64,000 nt of DNA from Obrimoposthia wandeli. Taxonomy: Eukaryota. The notes beneath the pieces were generated by a model. The model had not been told where the DNA came from. It saw only the letters and a list, made by a program, of their open reading frames with translations, and did no database searches. Location of the stretch: assembly GCA_977020255.1 (NCBI GenBank), contig CDROCS010003087.1, positions 124,001 to 188,000 on the forward strand. Reading direction: 5' to 3'. Made by a program: the position numbers and the translations under genes. Positions 21,760 to 32,943 of the stretch are shown in pieces; within the stretch, counting starts at the first letter, position 1; each line of letters begins with the position of its first letter.

Positions 21760-21885
21760 ATGAAACTGGTAAAAAGGAAACCATTGAAGAAGAAAAAACC
21801 TGTTAAGAAAACAGTTAAGAAGTCGGTTAAGAAGTTAGGTAAAAAGCGTGTAAATAAACTAGTTTGTAAATGGATAAAACTATAA
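21760..21885 (+). CDS. Very small Lys-rich putative core protein (41 aa)
   Basis: MKLVKRKPLKKKKPVKKTVKKSVKKLGKKRVNKLVCKWIKL*; syntenic degenerate homolog at about 36750..36889. Confidence 0.5.
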   Translation: MKLVKRKPLKKKKPVKKTVKKSVKKLGKKRVNKLVCKWIKL

Positions 21886-21989
21886 ACAATAATGCTATGG
21901 TTTAATTCATTAAATATGATATCAAAATCTATACTTCCCTACTTTCAAGCTGTAATCAAGTCTCCAAGCACATATGGAACACGTATTTT

Positions 21990-22570
21990 AAGTCATTTTC
22001 ACCCTTAGTTTATTTAAGAAATTAGATTCTGAACATTATTCTGTAGTTTCACGATTCAAAACTGCAATAGTTGAAAGGTTTAATATAAAATTGAGAGATC
22101 AACTGAAAATATATTTTATTACAAGGCAATAAAAGATGGGTTGACATTTTACCAAAAGTAATGACTTCGTACAATCATAGTAAGCATAGATGCTTAGACG
22201 GATTGAGATCTGTTGATATTACCACCAAATATGCAATGGGAAATTGGTTGAGTGGTAATCACGTTGGTAAAGTTAAAAAACCTAAACATAAGACTGGTGA
22301 TTATCTTCGGATATCAAAGTTTAGTGGTAGCCCCTTCATTAAAAACTTTGATAAAAAATTGGAGTGATGAGGTGTTAAGGATAGAGAAAATAGACATTCG
22401 TGCAAATCCTGTAATGTACTCTATAGTTGATGATGACTGTAATATAATAACAGGGAATGTTTATGAACCTGAATTACAAGTAATTGATAAACGCAAAGTT
22501 TTTTAAATCCAAGAAGTCGTAAAATCTTAAGGCCGTGGTAAGAATAAATAATATATAATAAAGGGGCATG
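21990..22570 (+). pseudogene. Polinton integrase C-terminal remnant, fused to a pX-like fragment
   Basis: KTAIVERFN, TSYNHSKHR, ISKFSGSPFIKNFD, VYEPELQVI; homologous to 35346..36308. Confidence 0.85.
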
Positions 22571-22619
22571 GATATTCTAAATCAATATAAACCAAAGTAA
22601 ACCAAATATAGACTTATAT

Positions 22620-23150
22620 ATGATTTTACCGAGTAATAGTTGTCCGAAAACTCAACTTAATAATATGTCTTCATTATTCACTGTAGATTGGGAGAATCCA
22701 ATTACTTTAAATGGTAAATTGGAGGCGGCATTAACTGAATTTACGTATACAAACACTCCTGTTATTTTAAATAAGTTTAGTGAAATTAATTATTATAATA
22801 AATTAACCAATCAACAGATTGATCAAATATCTTTATCGGTTAATCTTACTCAAGTAGAAGTAGAAACGAAAAAACCACGATTGCATGGTGATAAATCAGA
22901 ACCAAAGGTTATTAAAAAGACAATTAATAAAATAGCAAGTCACATCTAAAGATAAGATTGCAAAGCGTTCTATCTCCTTAATCACAGTTGGTGTAGGTGT
23001 TGATAAAAAGGATAATGTTGTACTAATAAAATCCAAGATGAATGTTTACGCTAAACATGAATTAAGATACCTTTTCAATACATCAACTTCAGATATTTTC
23101 TAATCTAATGATAATTTACTTGAATATTATAGAAGGATGCCAGATATCCC
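22620..23150 (+). pseudogene. Polinton minor capsid (penton) remnant
   Basis: ILPSNSCP..FTVDWENPITLNGKLEAALTEF, the N-terminal penton motif. Confidence 0.8.
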
Positions 23151-24054
23151 AGTTGAGTCCCTGGCAACTCCTGGATGCATTGGCTGGCTATGATCTCCGG
23201 TTTCAGCGGTCTCTCCAATGAAGTCACCAAAGCTTCTATATAAAAATAAAAATAAAGGAATTAAATAATCCAACCTGATTCGTTGTCTTTATTCTCCTAT
23301 CTCGTCTCACGGGAGTCTGCGGCCTTTGGAATATTTCAGGCATTGTGTCGTCTACAGTTGAAGTAACATGAGGGGTAATACCGTCCCATTTATCTGTAAA
23401 GATACTCCACTCACCATCGTTCAACTTAGCGATAATTGAGTCGTTCATGGCTGGATTACTGCTGCTTACCGGGAGACTTGGGGTATCCCACTCGTCGAGG
23501 AAAGAAGTGAGATCCACGTCCTCGTCAAACTCTACCATAATACTGTCTCTGATTTGTCAGACTACAGTATCGCATTGGAGAGCAGGATTTAGGCCTGTCC
23601 CATTCGTTGATGAAAGGAGTCGACAGTATGAAACTCGTATCATTCGCGGTCGGTTCTTTGAAGAGGTCCTCGTCAGTCTGGAGCGAGGATTGTCTGCAGC
23701 TGAGACAACGGGATCAACTTCCACGGGCATTTGATGACAGCCGTAAAATTGTTGAAGATATTGGTCGGTTTCCTTGCTGCTTCAGCCAAAGTTGATGAAC
23801 GAGCTACTGTATTCTGTCGAGGAGTACAGTCTTCAATTGACTCCTTACTAATGAAGTCTATATGTTGGGATCCTCTTGGTTTTTTAGGAATCGAAGTGGC
23901 GAGAAGATCTTTCATGAGCTCACCTTGGCTGACCACCGTCGAGTCTTGACTAAGAAAGTCCATGCACTGTGACGGTAGTGGCATTCGCTTATTTACTGGA
24001 GAGAGATCTTCATACAGCTGCAACTCAATCTCTTCGTCTAGGTCAACATTGCTG
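23150..24054 (-). pseudogene. Degenerate acidic/low-complexity Polinton accessory gene
   Basis: Collinear ORFs 23673..24023 and 23236..23538 with stops; elevated GC; TATA-like and AG acceptor signals upstream. Confidence 0.5.
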
Positions 24055-24269
24055 TAAAAGGGAATTTTTGATTTATGTAAAATAATTATAAGAGATCTCC
24101 TTATATAAAGACTAACCCTCTTTCATCGTCCAATAAGAGCATGTTATTCAAATAATTAATTTAAAAATCTGTAGTTTTTTGACTATGTCTATGTTCAATT
24201 TATTTATTCAACAAATGAAGTGTGTATTGAATTAAAAAACACTTATACAATTATTAAAGTCGAATATAT

Positions 24270-24490
24270 GGATTTAGTGGCAGTGATATGATACGGTCAA
24301 ACACGTGCGGACAAATTGTTGAATTTCAGGAGCTAAATGGTAAGCCAAGAATCGTAGAGAACTGCTCAAAATCGCTGTTGATGGAATTCAAATATCATAT
24401 GTGCTTTGAATTTCAGTTTGCCAACTTTATCATAGTACCATCCACCACCAATAAACTGCTGTTGTGCAGTTGAAAAGTGTATGTATGTTT
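24270..24490 (-). pseudogene. Conserved unknown Polinton subterminal ORF, copy A
   Basis: FSTAQQQFIGGGWYYDKVGKLK..YLNSINSDFEQ; homolog at 26760..27097. Confidence 0.6.
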
Positions 24491-24739
24491 GAGTTACATG
24501 TATGTATTTTTATGTAGTTTGAGTAGTATAGGAAGGTGTGTGTGAGTGTAGTTGGATATATTTAAAGTAAATACTGTCACGCCTGAAGGGCGCAATTTTT
24601 TGTAGTTACTTTCGCGCCTGGAGAGCGCTAATTTGGGTCACTCGGAGGGGCGAGATCGGTTGGCCACATCCTCCCCTGTGACCGGGCAAAATGTTTGGTG
24701 GAGAGACCACCCCTTCGAGGGAGTTTAAGACAGGACAGA

Positions 24740-24811
24740 CATGCACGGTTTTAAAGGACAGTGGTGAGGGAGAGGGTGACGGGTGGATTAAACCAGACAT
24801 ATCTACCCACT
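24740..24811 (-). mobile_element. Polinton terminus (copy 4)
   Basis: ATGCACGGTTTTAAAGGACAGT..GATTAAACCAGACATATCTACCCACT is homologous to 14800-14866. Confidence 0.78.
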
Positions 24812-24814
24812 CAT

Positions 24815-24880
24815 ATTGCTACAGAACTCCCGTTGGAAGCCTCCGTATCAGGATTCTAAGTTTTAAAGAAAACCCTAACA
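24815..24880 (+). mobile_element. 3' end fragment of the same Gypsy LTR family
   Basis: GCTACAGAACTC.CGTTGG..GCCTCC...AGAAAACCCTAACA matches the LTR ends at 13014 and 44347. Confidence 0.7.
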
Positions 24881-25014
24881 ATAATGTAGCCCTCAGATTT
24901 TTTAAAAACACTTTCAATAGAATAAATTTCTTTAAATTTTTCTTCCCTTACCTTCTCCACTGATTCTTTTTCTTGCACTGCAGTAAATTAAAATTAATAA
25001 ACTTATTGAATTAA

Positions 25015-26025
25015 ACAACTTACTCCATGGTTTTTTTTATGTTTTTGTTTATTTGTATTTCCAAATCAAATACTCCGTAAATTAGCACTGTAGTAAAATT
25101 TTTAAGATGGGATTGAATTTAATTGCATGCCGTAAATTCCCATCCTTTGGTAGTTGACATTGGTTAATATCAAAGTCTGGTGCCAAAACAAATGTGGAGA
25201 ATGAACAGCGGCTGTTAAACAAATTAAAATAAATACCATTGTTGTATCTAGTTGACCAACATTTCGAAAAATGGGTTGCATATAAGCCAGTGCATAAGCG
25301 TTACTTTTAAAATCTGGTTAATAGGTTTTGTATGAATTTATATTTCTTGAAAGTATCACTGAACCCAGATTCAGTGTATCAAATTGTGTTACATCTGTTG
25401 TATAATTTTCTAGAAATTTTGCAGTTTTTAAAATTAAATAAAAACAAATTTAGGTAATCTTACATCACCAAACAGTTGATCCTTATTAAAAGCTTGCGTA
25501 CCCGTGCCCAAAGAGTATGTTATCAGTTTAGTTTCTCTAATAGGATAACAAGCATTGTTTTTTCATTACTATAATATGTGCAATTTATCAGATTTCTAAG
25601 TTTTAACTCTTCGGACATATAGTTTTGCATCCAATATATCAATTCTAGGTCTTAGAACGTCTGTGCTTAAAAAAGAAAAAATATATTTATTATATTTCAA
25701 ATGAAGGTGTACATTAACACCGGGAATTAAATATTTAGATTGTTCAAAAGAAATTAAGTCTTATAAACCCACACATTAAGTAAAATTGAGAACCTACAAT
25801 CCATTCTATGTGAATTTCAACGGTTTCATAAAAACATATCGTAGCCAAATTAGTATTTTGAGTATCAGTACTATAATTCAATATACTTTCAATCAAAGGT
25901 TTATGAGCATAGGCGGAATTCCAATCTTCAATTTTAAACTTTATTAAGAGAAACAACAGTATCATTAAATAAATAATTTTAAAAGTTATTAACAGGTGTT
26001 ACATCTGCATTTTCTGCTAAATTAA
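25015..26025 (-). pseudogene. Polinton major capsid protein pseudogene (copy 5); penton fragment upstream at about 26030-26220
   Basis: VTPVNNF, AYAHKPLIESILNYSTD, RLPKFVLF, TFVLAPDFDINQ, YGVFDLEI. Confidence 0.8.
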
Positions 26026-26759
26026 TACCATTTCGATTTGTTACTAATATTAAATTCTAAATCGGTTAAGGTGATTCCTAAAACTGAGTTAACTAGAAAT
26101 ATTTCTTCAAATAAAGTATTACCTACAACAACTTGGGTAAGTGGTTTATCAAAAATACACAATTCAGTTTTGGCACATCTCGTTTTTCAAATATTGTTCC
26201 TTCAATTTTCTTATGTTTGTTTATAGCAGTATTTTTCTTTTTTTAAGTTTAAATCCTTTATCTTCTTGACTGTTGGTTGCGGCTGTGGGAGTGGAGTCAC
26301 GAGCCAGACCCTCTTCAAATTTTAACACTAGCCTCAGACTAACCTTTTTTCATCGTCCCAGGATAGCGTGTTATTCAAATAATTGATTCAAACATTCGTA
26401 GCATTTTGTTAAGATTTTTGAATGTGTCGGAATGTATTTAGTTGGACAGGTAGATATTTTGTGTTAGAGGGTGGAAAAACATAAAAGCTTTGAGTGTAAA
26501 TGGATAAATAATAGTTACATAGAAATTTTATCCTACATATATCTCCTCGCAGAGAACCACCGTGAGTCTGTGGTGTTAGCGTTGGCTCTTATATGGCCTC
26601 TAGGGCATTTCAGCACTATATGGGTGTATTATGAGATTTTCTGTTATAGGTGTCTAAAATGTGGTTACAATTTATTTTGTGGTATTAAGTGGAGGGATTT
26701 AGTTTAAAAAAAACACATAAAGTTTACTTTTTGTATATAATTTACAAAATCCAATATAG

Positions 26760-27097
26760 TGATTAAGTGCCAGTGGTATGGTAAACTCGTGATGATATAT
26801 TGGGAATTTAAGAAGCTAACCTAAATGGTAGGCCAAAAATCATAGGTACTTGCTCAAACTCGCTCTCAATGGAATTCAAGTAACCTATGCGCTTAATTTT
26901 CTAATTTTCAGTTCGCCATCTTGACCACTGTACCATCCGCCGCCAGTAAACTGCTTGTGTGCAGTTGAAAATTGTTGGTATATCCCCGTTTGAAAGATTC
27001 TGGTCATATTTAGATTTTTATATATAGGCGTACTCCTTGCACATGTAGGAAATTTCACTTCATACACAGATGTACGTTTATAAAGGTTAGAGCTCAT
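26760..27097 (-). pseudogene. Conserved unknown Polinton subterminal ORF, copy B, next to a degenerate terminus at about 27100-27141
   Basis: FSTAHKQFTGGGWYSGQDGELK..YLNSIESEFEQ. Confidence 0.6.
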
Positions 27098-27965
27098 CTA
27101 GAGGAAGGGGGTTGATTTAGACCGGATATATTCACCTAATCTCGAAAATATGATTTTGATTGTGTTTGTTATTTGAAAGCAAAAAAGTCAATTGAAGGAA
27201 TAATGTTTTAATCCATGAATACTTGTTTTTTGTGTTTTCTATCAATTTCTGGCATTGATTGTATTTCATACTGGACATCATGCGATAAACTGTCCATTAG
27301 ATAATGTAATTTTGATCTATCCTCCGAAATATTATTATTTTTAAAAATTATTTCGATCTTCTGCAAAGGTCTAATGATATCTTCACCGATTTTGAATTTA
27401 TCCTGAATGATTGTTTTTCTTGAAAGTAATCAAGGAATGATTATTTATTAACCAAAATATCTAGAACAATATTTAACAATCCAATTGAATGGTTTGAAAG
27501 GTTTTCTAAACCAGGATTTGTAAAATTTAGAATTTTAATTATTTTGAAAAAGTGTTTATCACATACTACCTTTTAACTTCAATAGCTAATATTTACTCAT
27601 TTAGAATTTTGAGAGAAATCACATTTTTGTTTTTTAAAAACAAAATTGAATGCTATGTTATGTATTGTTAAAAGTATTATAGGTTAGAAATACTTAAATT
27701 CTCGATTTTGTATAATAATTAGTTATAATTATTTGAAAGTTTATCTTCAAAGGAAATTCGAGGATGAAGTGTGAGTTTCAAATATTTGATTAGCAAACGC
27801 CAGCAATATTTAAGCAATTGATGGATTAGCAAATTTGGACAGGACTGTTGACATTAGCACGCTTTATTCAAACAAATAACTCAAAGAATTGTACCCAGAA
27901 CTTCATTTAATTGAAATACTTTTCCAGTTTTAAAAATATTGCAAAAATCAATTAGCTACAATTCA

Positions 27966-28877
27966 ATGAATGAATCACGCTTCGTAAATGCGAAAGCAGA
28001 AAAAGTTACATTTATTCTGTCGTACATCCATTACATTCGTATAGTCATATTGTCGTTGGGAATATGCTGCGGCTTTCAGTCTCTTTTTCTGTTGATTGTT
28101 CTACGGATTCCGAAGATGCGGAAATTCACTATGGTGTTTCTAATTTCTGAATCCGTCGTTGACTTCATATACTGTATGATATCGCTAATAACAGAGATGT
28201 TGTACTATCAAAGAATCCCCAACACGGATATAACAGTGGTCTGTCTAGCTGACACGTACATAATGAATGGACTACAGGTGATCAGAAACTGGATGATGCT
28301 ATTGACGGCTATTGAGCGTTTCTGCATAATTCGATACCCAACCTCAAATCGGGTGCGCAACCTGCAGATGAAGCACGGTATCATTAGCTTGGTATCCATA
28401 ACTGTCTGTGCGTTCACATTGACTGTCTTCCATGTGACTGACTTCAATGTCTTATGTTACAGAACTAGTACGAAACAGGACGAGGAGCGATATCTGATGG
28501 TGGATCAGTTCATTGGACTATTCGTCATTCCGATTCCATTGCTGGCGATGTTTAGCTTCACTGTGGCCACGCTCGTGGTTGTGCACAGGATCCAGAAAAA
28601 GGTTATCCCCTCAGCAACTGCAACAGGAAGCTTCGGTTCGTCCTCGGTCGATTTCACAGCACTCAAGGTGGTTCTCATAATCTCGCTTTTCTACTTCCTC
28701 GTTTCTTTTCCTCTTTTGATGATATATTCTGTTAATTTCATATCTGTTCCTAATCGGTTTCGATTTCGTATCATCATTCTTTCTTGGATTTCCAGAATAC
28801 TATATGACTCTGCTGGATTGGGTAAAGGTATTCTATATGGATTCTTTGCATGGAAAGATCGCAGAATTAGAAATTAG
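27966..28877 (+). CDS. Intronless class A GPCR, paralog of 16923..17849
   Basis: Same MNES start, AIERFCIIRYP, GLFVIPIPLLAMFSFTV, VLIISLFYFLVSFP and GLGKGILY. Confidence 0.87.
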   Translation: MNESRFVNAKAEKVTFILSYIHYIRIVILSLGICCGFQSLFLLIVLRIPKMRKFTMVFLISESVVDFIYCMISLITEMLYYQRIPNTDITVVCLADTYIMNGLQVIRNWMMLLTAIERFCIIRYPTSNRVRNLQMKHGIISLVSITVCAFTLTVFHVTDFNVLCYRTSTKQDEERYLMVDQFIGLFVIPIPLLAMFSFTVATLVVVHRIQKKVIPSATATGSFGSSSVDFTALKVVLIISLFYFLVSFPLLMIYSVNFISVPNRFRFRIIILSWISRILYDSAGLGKGILYGFFAWKDRRIRN

Positions 28878-29299
28878 ATTATTTATTGATTTATTAAAAA
28901 CATTATTTATATTTACAAATAAAATACTTACTGCTTCAATTAATGATGAATTTAATTATTTGCATATCTCACTTCATGTCATCCAGCCCATATTCACATT
29001 CAGGCACACTCAAAATAAAAACACCATTTACAAATTATTCTGTACAATTGAAAATTTATAGCAACATATCTATGTATGGCAAAAACAGGTGTACTGTATT
29101 GTTGTAAAATGACATTGAAATTTTTTTAATATAAACACAATAAAGCCCAAAACGTGCTCCACCAAGAAATTTACAAAAATCCCAAATTACATTCAATAAA
29201 AAATTATTGAACCAAAATAATACATATAATAAAAATTATGCTTTGAAATCTGACTATGTTTCAAGCGACTACCGTTATTTTTAGGTACGGTCTAGCTCT

Positions 29300-29660
29300 T
29301 TTAATACACACTCAACTATATATTAAAACATAGAACAGTAAATAGAAACGAATGCTTCGAAAATCTCTGACATGTTCAATAACCGTTTTAAGTATTGGTA
29401 TAGCATAAACTGTATTTTGTAAATGATCGACTTCACTAAGAAATTTGCGAGTTATAAAAAGATTTCGTCAGCTTGCTTCTGAAACGGCATATCGTTCACT
29501 TTTTGGTAAATTAGTAATGATTCTATACAATTCAAACTTTGCAATTAACCGAAGAACTGAACTATCATGTGGACATAAGTACTTGCTATTGTGAAATCTA
29601 CTAAGAGCAGTTGCGCAACATTTGTTGTTATCATAGTACAACTTTACGAGAAAAAAACAA
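29300..29660 (-). mobile_element. Tc1/mariner transposase N-terminal (HTH) remnant
   Basis: PHDSSVLRLIAKFE....NLPKSER pattern; degenerate. Confidence 0.5.
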
Positions 29661-30819
29661 TCCCTTCAAATTCATAATTCAACGTTAATGACAAAATTTC
29701 AATTATTATACAATTAAATGATCCTTCTAAGTAGTTACATATATCCCTATTTTTACATGTAACTTACAACAAAGTAACAAGCGATGTTGTTGTAAAGAAA
29801 CTTTAATCTTTAAAACTATTTATTGAAATAGACTCTAGTAAAATGTTTGAAAAGTCTGAAAATTATGAAAGCGGGGATAAAAGAAAAGATTTTAAATAAA
29901 TTATCGAATAACTGTACATTTTCTGTCAGTAGCATTCTAAAATCTCAACGATTTGCAGTGATTGCTAAATATGATGATAGAAATGTAATTTAAAACTTTT
30001 CTACTAAGGTATATAATCCAGATTAAATTATAAGTTTCAGCCTTTGCAATTTGATATGTTTGTAGCCAACTTTGTAGTTCAATTTCAATTTATGTTTTGA
30101 TGTTAGTTTTATCACTTATTTTTGTAATTCTTTTGTGTTAGTACTGTAAAGGGGTTCAAACTCAATCGGAAATGGTCATATTAAGAATATCCTCAAACCG
30201 TTGATTGAAGTAAGAATAGAAATCCACAAAGTGTTAACAATGGTTAAGTAAAGTCTTAAAATAAATTTAAGCTACAAATTAAAAAACTGGTTGATTACCA
30301 TACGTACTAAATTTTGTCTATACTAAATAAGTTTCATCACAAATGCATAAATAACAACTTGTCGCTTTGAATCTGCAGAATTGTTTCATTGTATTTATTA
30401 ATCAAGTTTATCAAGTAATCGATGTTATTTTTGGAATCAATCAAGTTGACCCATTATGTAAGTAAGTGGATGTGTTCGGTCTAATCCAAACCCTACCCCG
30501 GGAGGGGGCTACCACTGTCCTTTAAAATCGTGCATGTGTGTAGAGTGAAATTTTCTGTGATTTTTTCGCTCCCACCCAAAAATATTTCGCCACTTTGGGA
30601 GTGGTTACATTTCGCACCCTCCAGGCGCTACAGTATTTTCATTAACTTTATCCATCTACATATACCCTACCTCTCACTATGACAAATACACATCTATATC
30701 TCGTGTCATCTATATCACTATAAATTACGAATTCATAAAGTCTATTTTTTAACTCATATTTTGAATAAATTATTGGGACATACTTAAACATAAACTATAA
30801 ATTATTTAAGAGGAAGGCT

Positions 30820-31050
30820 ACAACTTCTTCGTCTCCCAAAACGTTGCGGCAACTAATGCCAAAACCTCAGGGAAGGCCAATTACTGCACAGCAACCGGTG
30901 CAGCCGAAAAAGAAGCCAGGGCAACTAAAGAAGCATAAGGAGCCAGTGCCGCTTACTCCTATAACACTCAGTCGGAGGATGATTTCGATGAGGATGATCC
31001 CAATGAAGACTTTGTGAAATGTTTTGGAAAAAATATATCTCGTAAAAAAT
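30820..31050 (+). pseudogene. Degenerate copy of the AT-hook terminal gene
   Basis: LRQLMPKPQGRPITAQQPVQPKKKPGQLKKHKEPVPLTPI matches ORF 14245..14673. Confidence 0.8.
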
Positions 31051-31819
31051 AATTTTATGTGTTTTGTTTCATTTTTAATTTATTTTTTAAAAAAACTTAA
31101 ATATTAAATTTTTTTACAAATTTAGTAATATTAAAATACAATAATTTTTTTTTTTAATTTAAAATTAAAAAATAAAAAAATAGTTAACTTAATCGAATGT
31201 GATTGGATTTATTAGAAATAATATAATTCTACATGTCTTCACATTTTTTTACATTTTTTTAATTTCAAAAAGATAAGTTTAAAATTTATATAGAAATGCA
31301 ATGATTAGTTATAGATTTATTAAATTATAAATTCTCATTTGATAAATAAAAATATATAATTTAATTGAATGTGATTGGATAAAAATATTTTTAATAAATA
31401 TATATATATATATAGGTACAAATTTAGAGTTTAGATTAAAAGAAAAAATTTACTAATTTATATCTAACTAATTATTTTCATTTATTAAAATGGAAAGAAG
31501 GACATAAGGCTTTTTGTGAAATATGTATTTTTGATACAATTAAATCTAATTTTGATATTGAAAATAGAATTTTTTATGTTTTAGATGAAATGAATGGCAA
31601 AAAGTATAAGACTTTAAATAAATATTTTCCAAAATTGAGATTGAATACCTAAAATATTTCACGTGATCATATATTGAAAATTCCACGAAATATTTGCTGT
31701 CCATATCGTGATCATGGTGACCATTGCGCATATAAAAAAATTTAAGTCTTTCTTATTATTACTTGACATGTAGATAAAAAATTCTTCTAATTGGAGAAAT
31801 TCATTATTTACAAAATAAT

Positions 31820-32005
31820 ATTTTCAGCCAATAACAAAATACCTAAATACAAATGAACAATCATTTTAATTGGAGGAATAAAATATATTAAAAATAATAA
31901 TATCAACCAATAACAGATAAGCAATTCTTCGCAATGGAGGAATAAATTCAATATTTTCATCCAATAAGAAAAGAGCATGTGTGCATAAAATTTAGTATAT
32001 AAGCA
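31820..32005 (+). promoter_or_regulatory. Putative Pol II promoter of polB copy 6
   Basis: Repeated CCAAT/ATTGG boxes and TATATAAG about 45 nt upstream of ATG 32043. Confidence 0.55.
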
Positions 32006-32042
32006 AACACTTTTTACATTTCAATCCCCGATTTTTGAAATA

Positions 32043-32896
32043 ATGAATATGGTAAGAACCTTTATTTTATTATTCTTTATCAATATTTATTATTTCAGAT
32101 TACGTGTAACGTATTCCCTGTGTATTGTGGTGCATCGGCTCCAAATGGAGAAGATTCCTGCATAGCGATAATGTCCACCTACTATCGGACAAAGTCTCAA
32201 GGGAGGGTATTCTTCGTATGCCCCTTCTGCAGAACTATAGACGACAAGGAGTTTCGAGACTTCTTCAATGAACATCGAGATCACTTGTCCTGCTTCACGG
32301 CCAACAACAAGAAGAGGGCCTTCGTGCAATTAGTGCGCAATTTGCAAGTCGCTCCAGCTCTAGCTCCTGTCCCATTTGCTGCATTTCAAGCCGTCTACGG
32401 TCCTGTAATTGGTCCTTCTCTCCCGTCTCTCGATTCTGCAGCTGTCTCATCCACTCAAATGACTAACAATGAGTGGATGAACGGCATCTCTTAAGAAGAT
32501 TTTGAGGACTTGACGCCAACAACCCAACTCTCGAACAATGACTGGATGGAAAATATCACCCAGTCAGATTTCGAGATGGAGCAGCCTCAGTGGAGCGACA
32601 ACAGCTGGTTGGAGGACATCGAGGAATCCGATTTCGTTGAGTTAACATACGACAGCTGGATGGATTCCATCAATGAAGAGGACTTTCAACCAGCTACAGT
32701 TGATTCAGCTTCATCAGGTACTTTTTTATTATTATTTTTCTGATTATTTTTTAAAATTGTAATTAAAGATATTTTATTTTATTTTTTATTTTTTATTCGG
32801 GAAATACCTTGAGACAACCGATGCCGTCATCTGCTACGACAGCTATGCTTCCTCCATCGCGAGTGCCTAGATCGATGTTTGCACGCCTTATAGGTA

Positions 32897-32943
<47 letters not shown>

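Noticed and set aside
23236-23274. 39-nt GT-AG intron in the minus-strand accessory gene
   Set aside because: The signals look good, but splicing yields a stop after three codons. It cannot be supported in this decayed copy.
14875-30461. Termini at 14875 and 30461 as the TIR pair of one element carrying both GPCRs
   Set aside because: They face away from each other, so the interval lies outside both elements.
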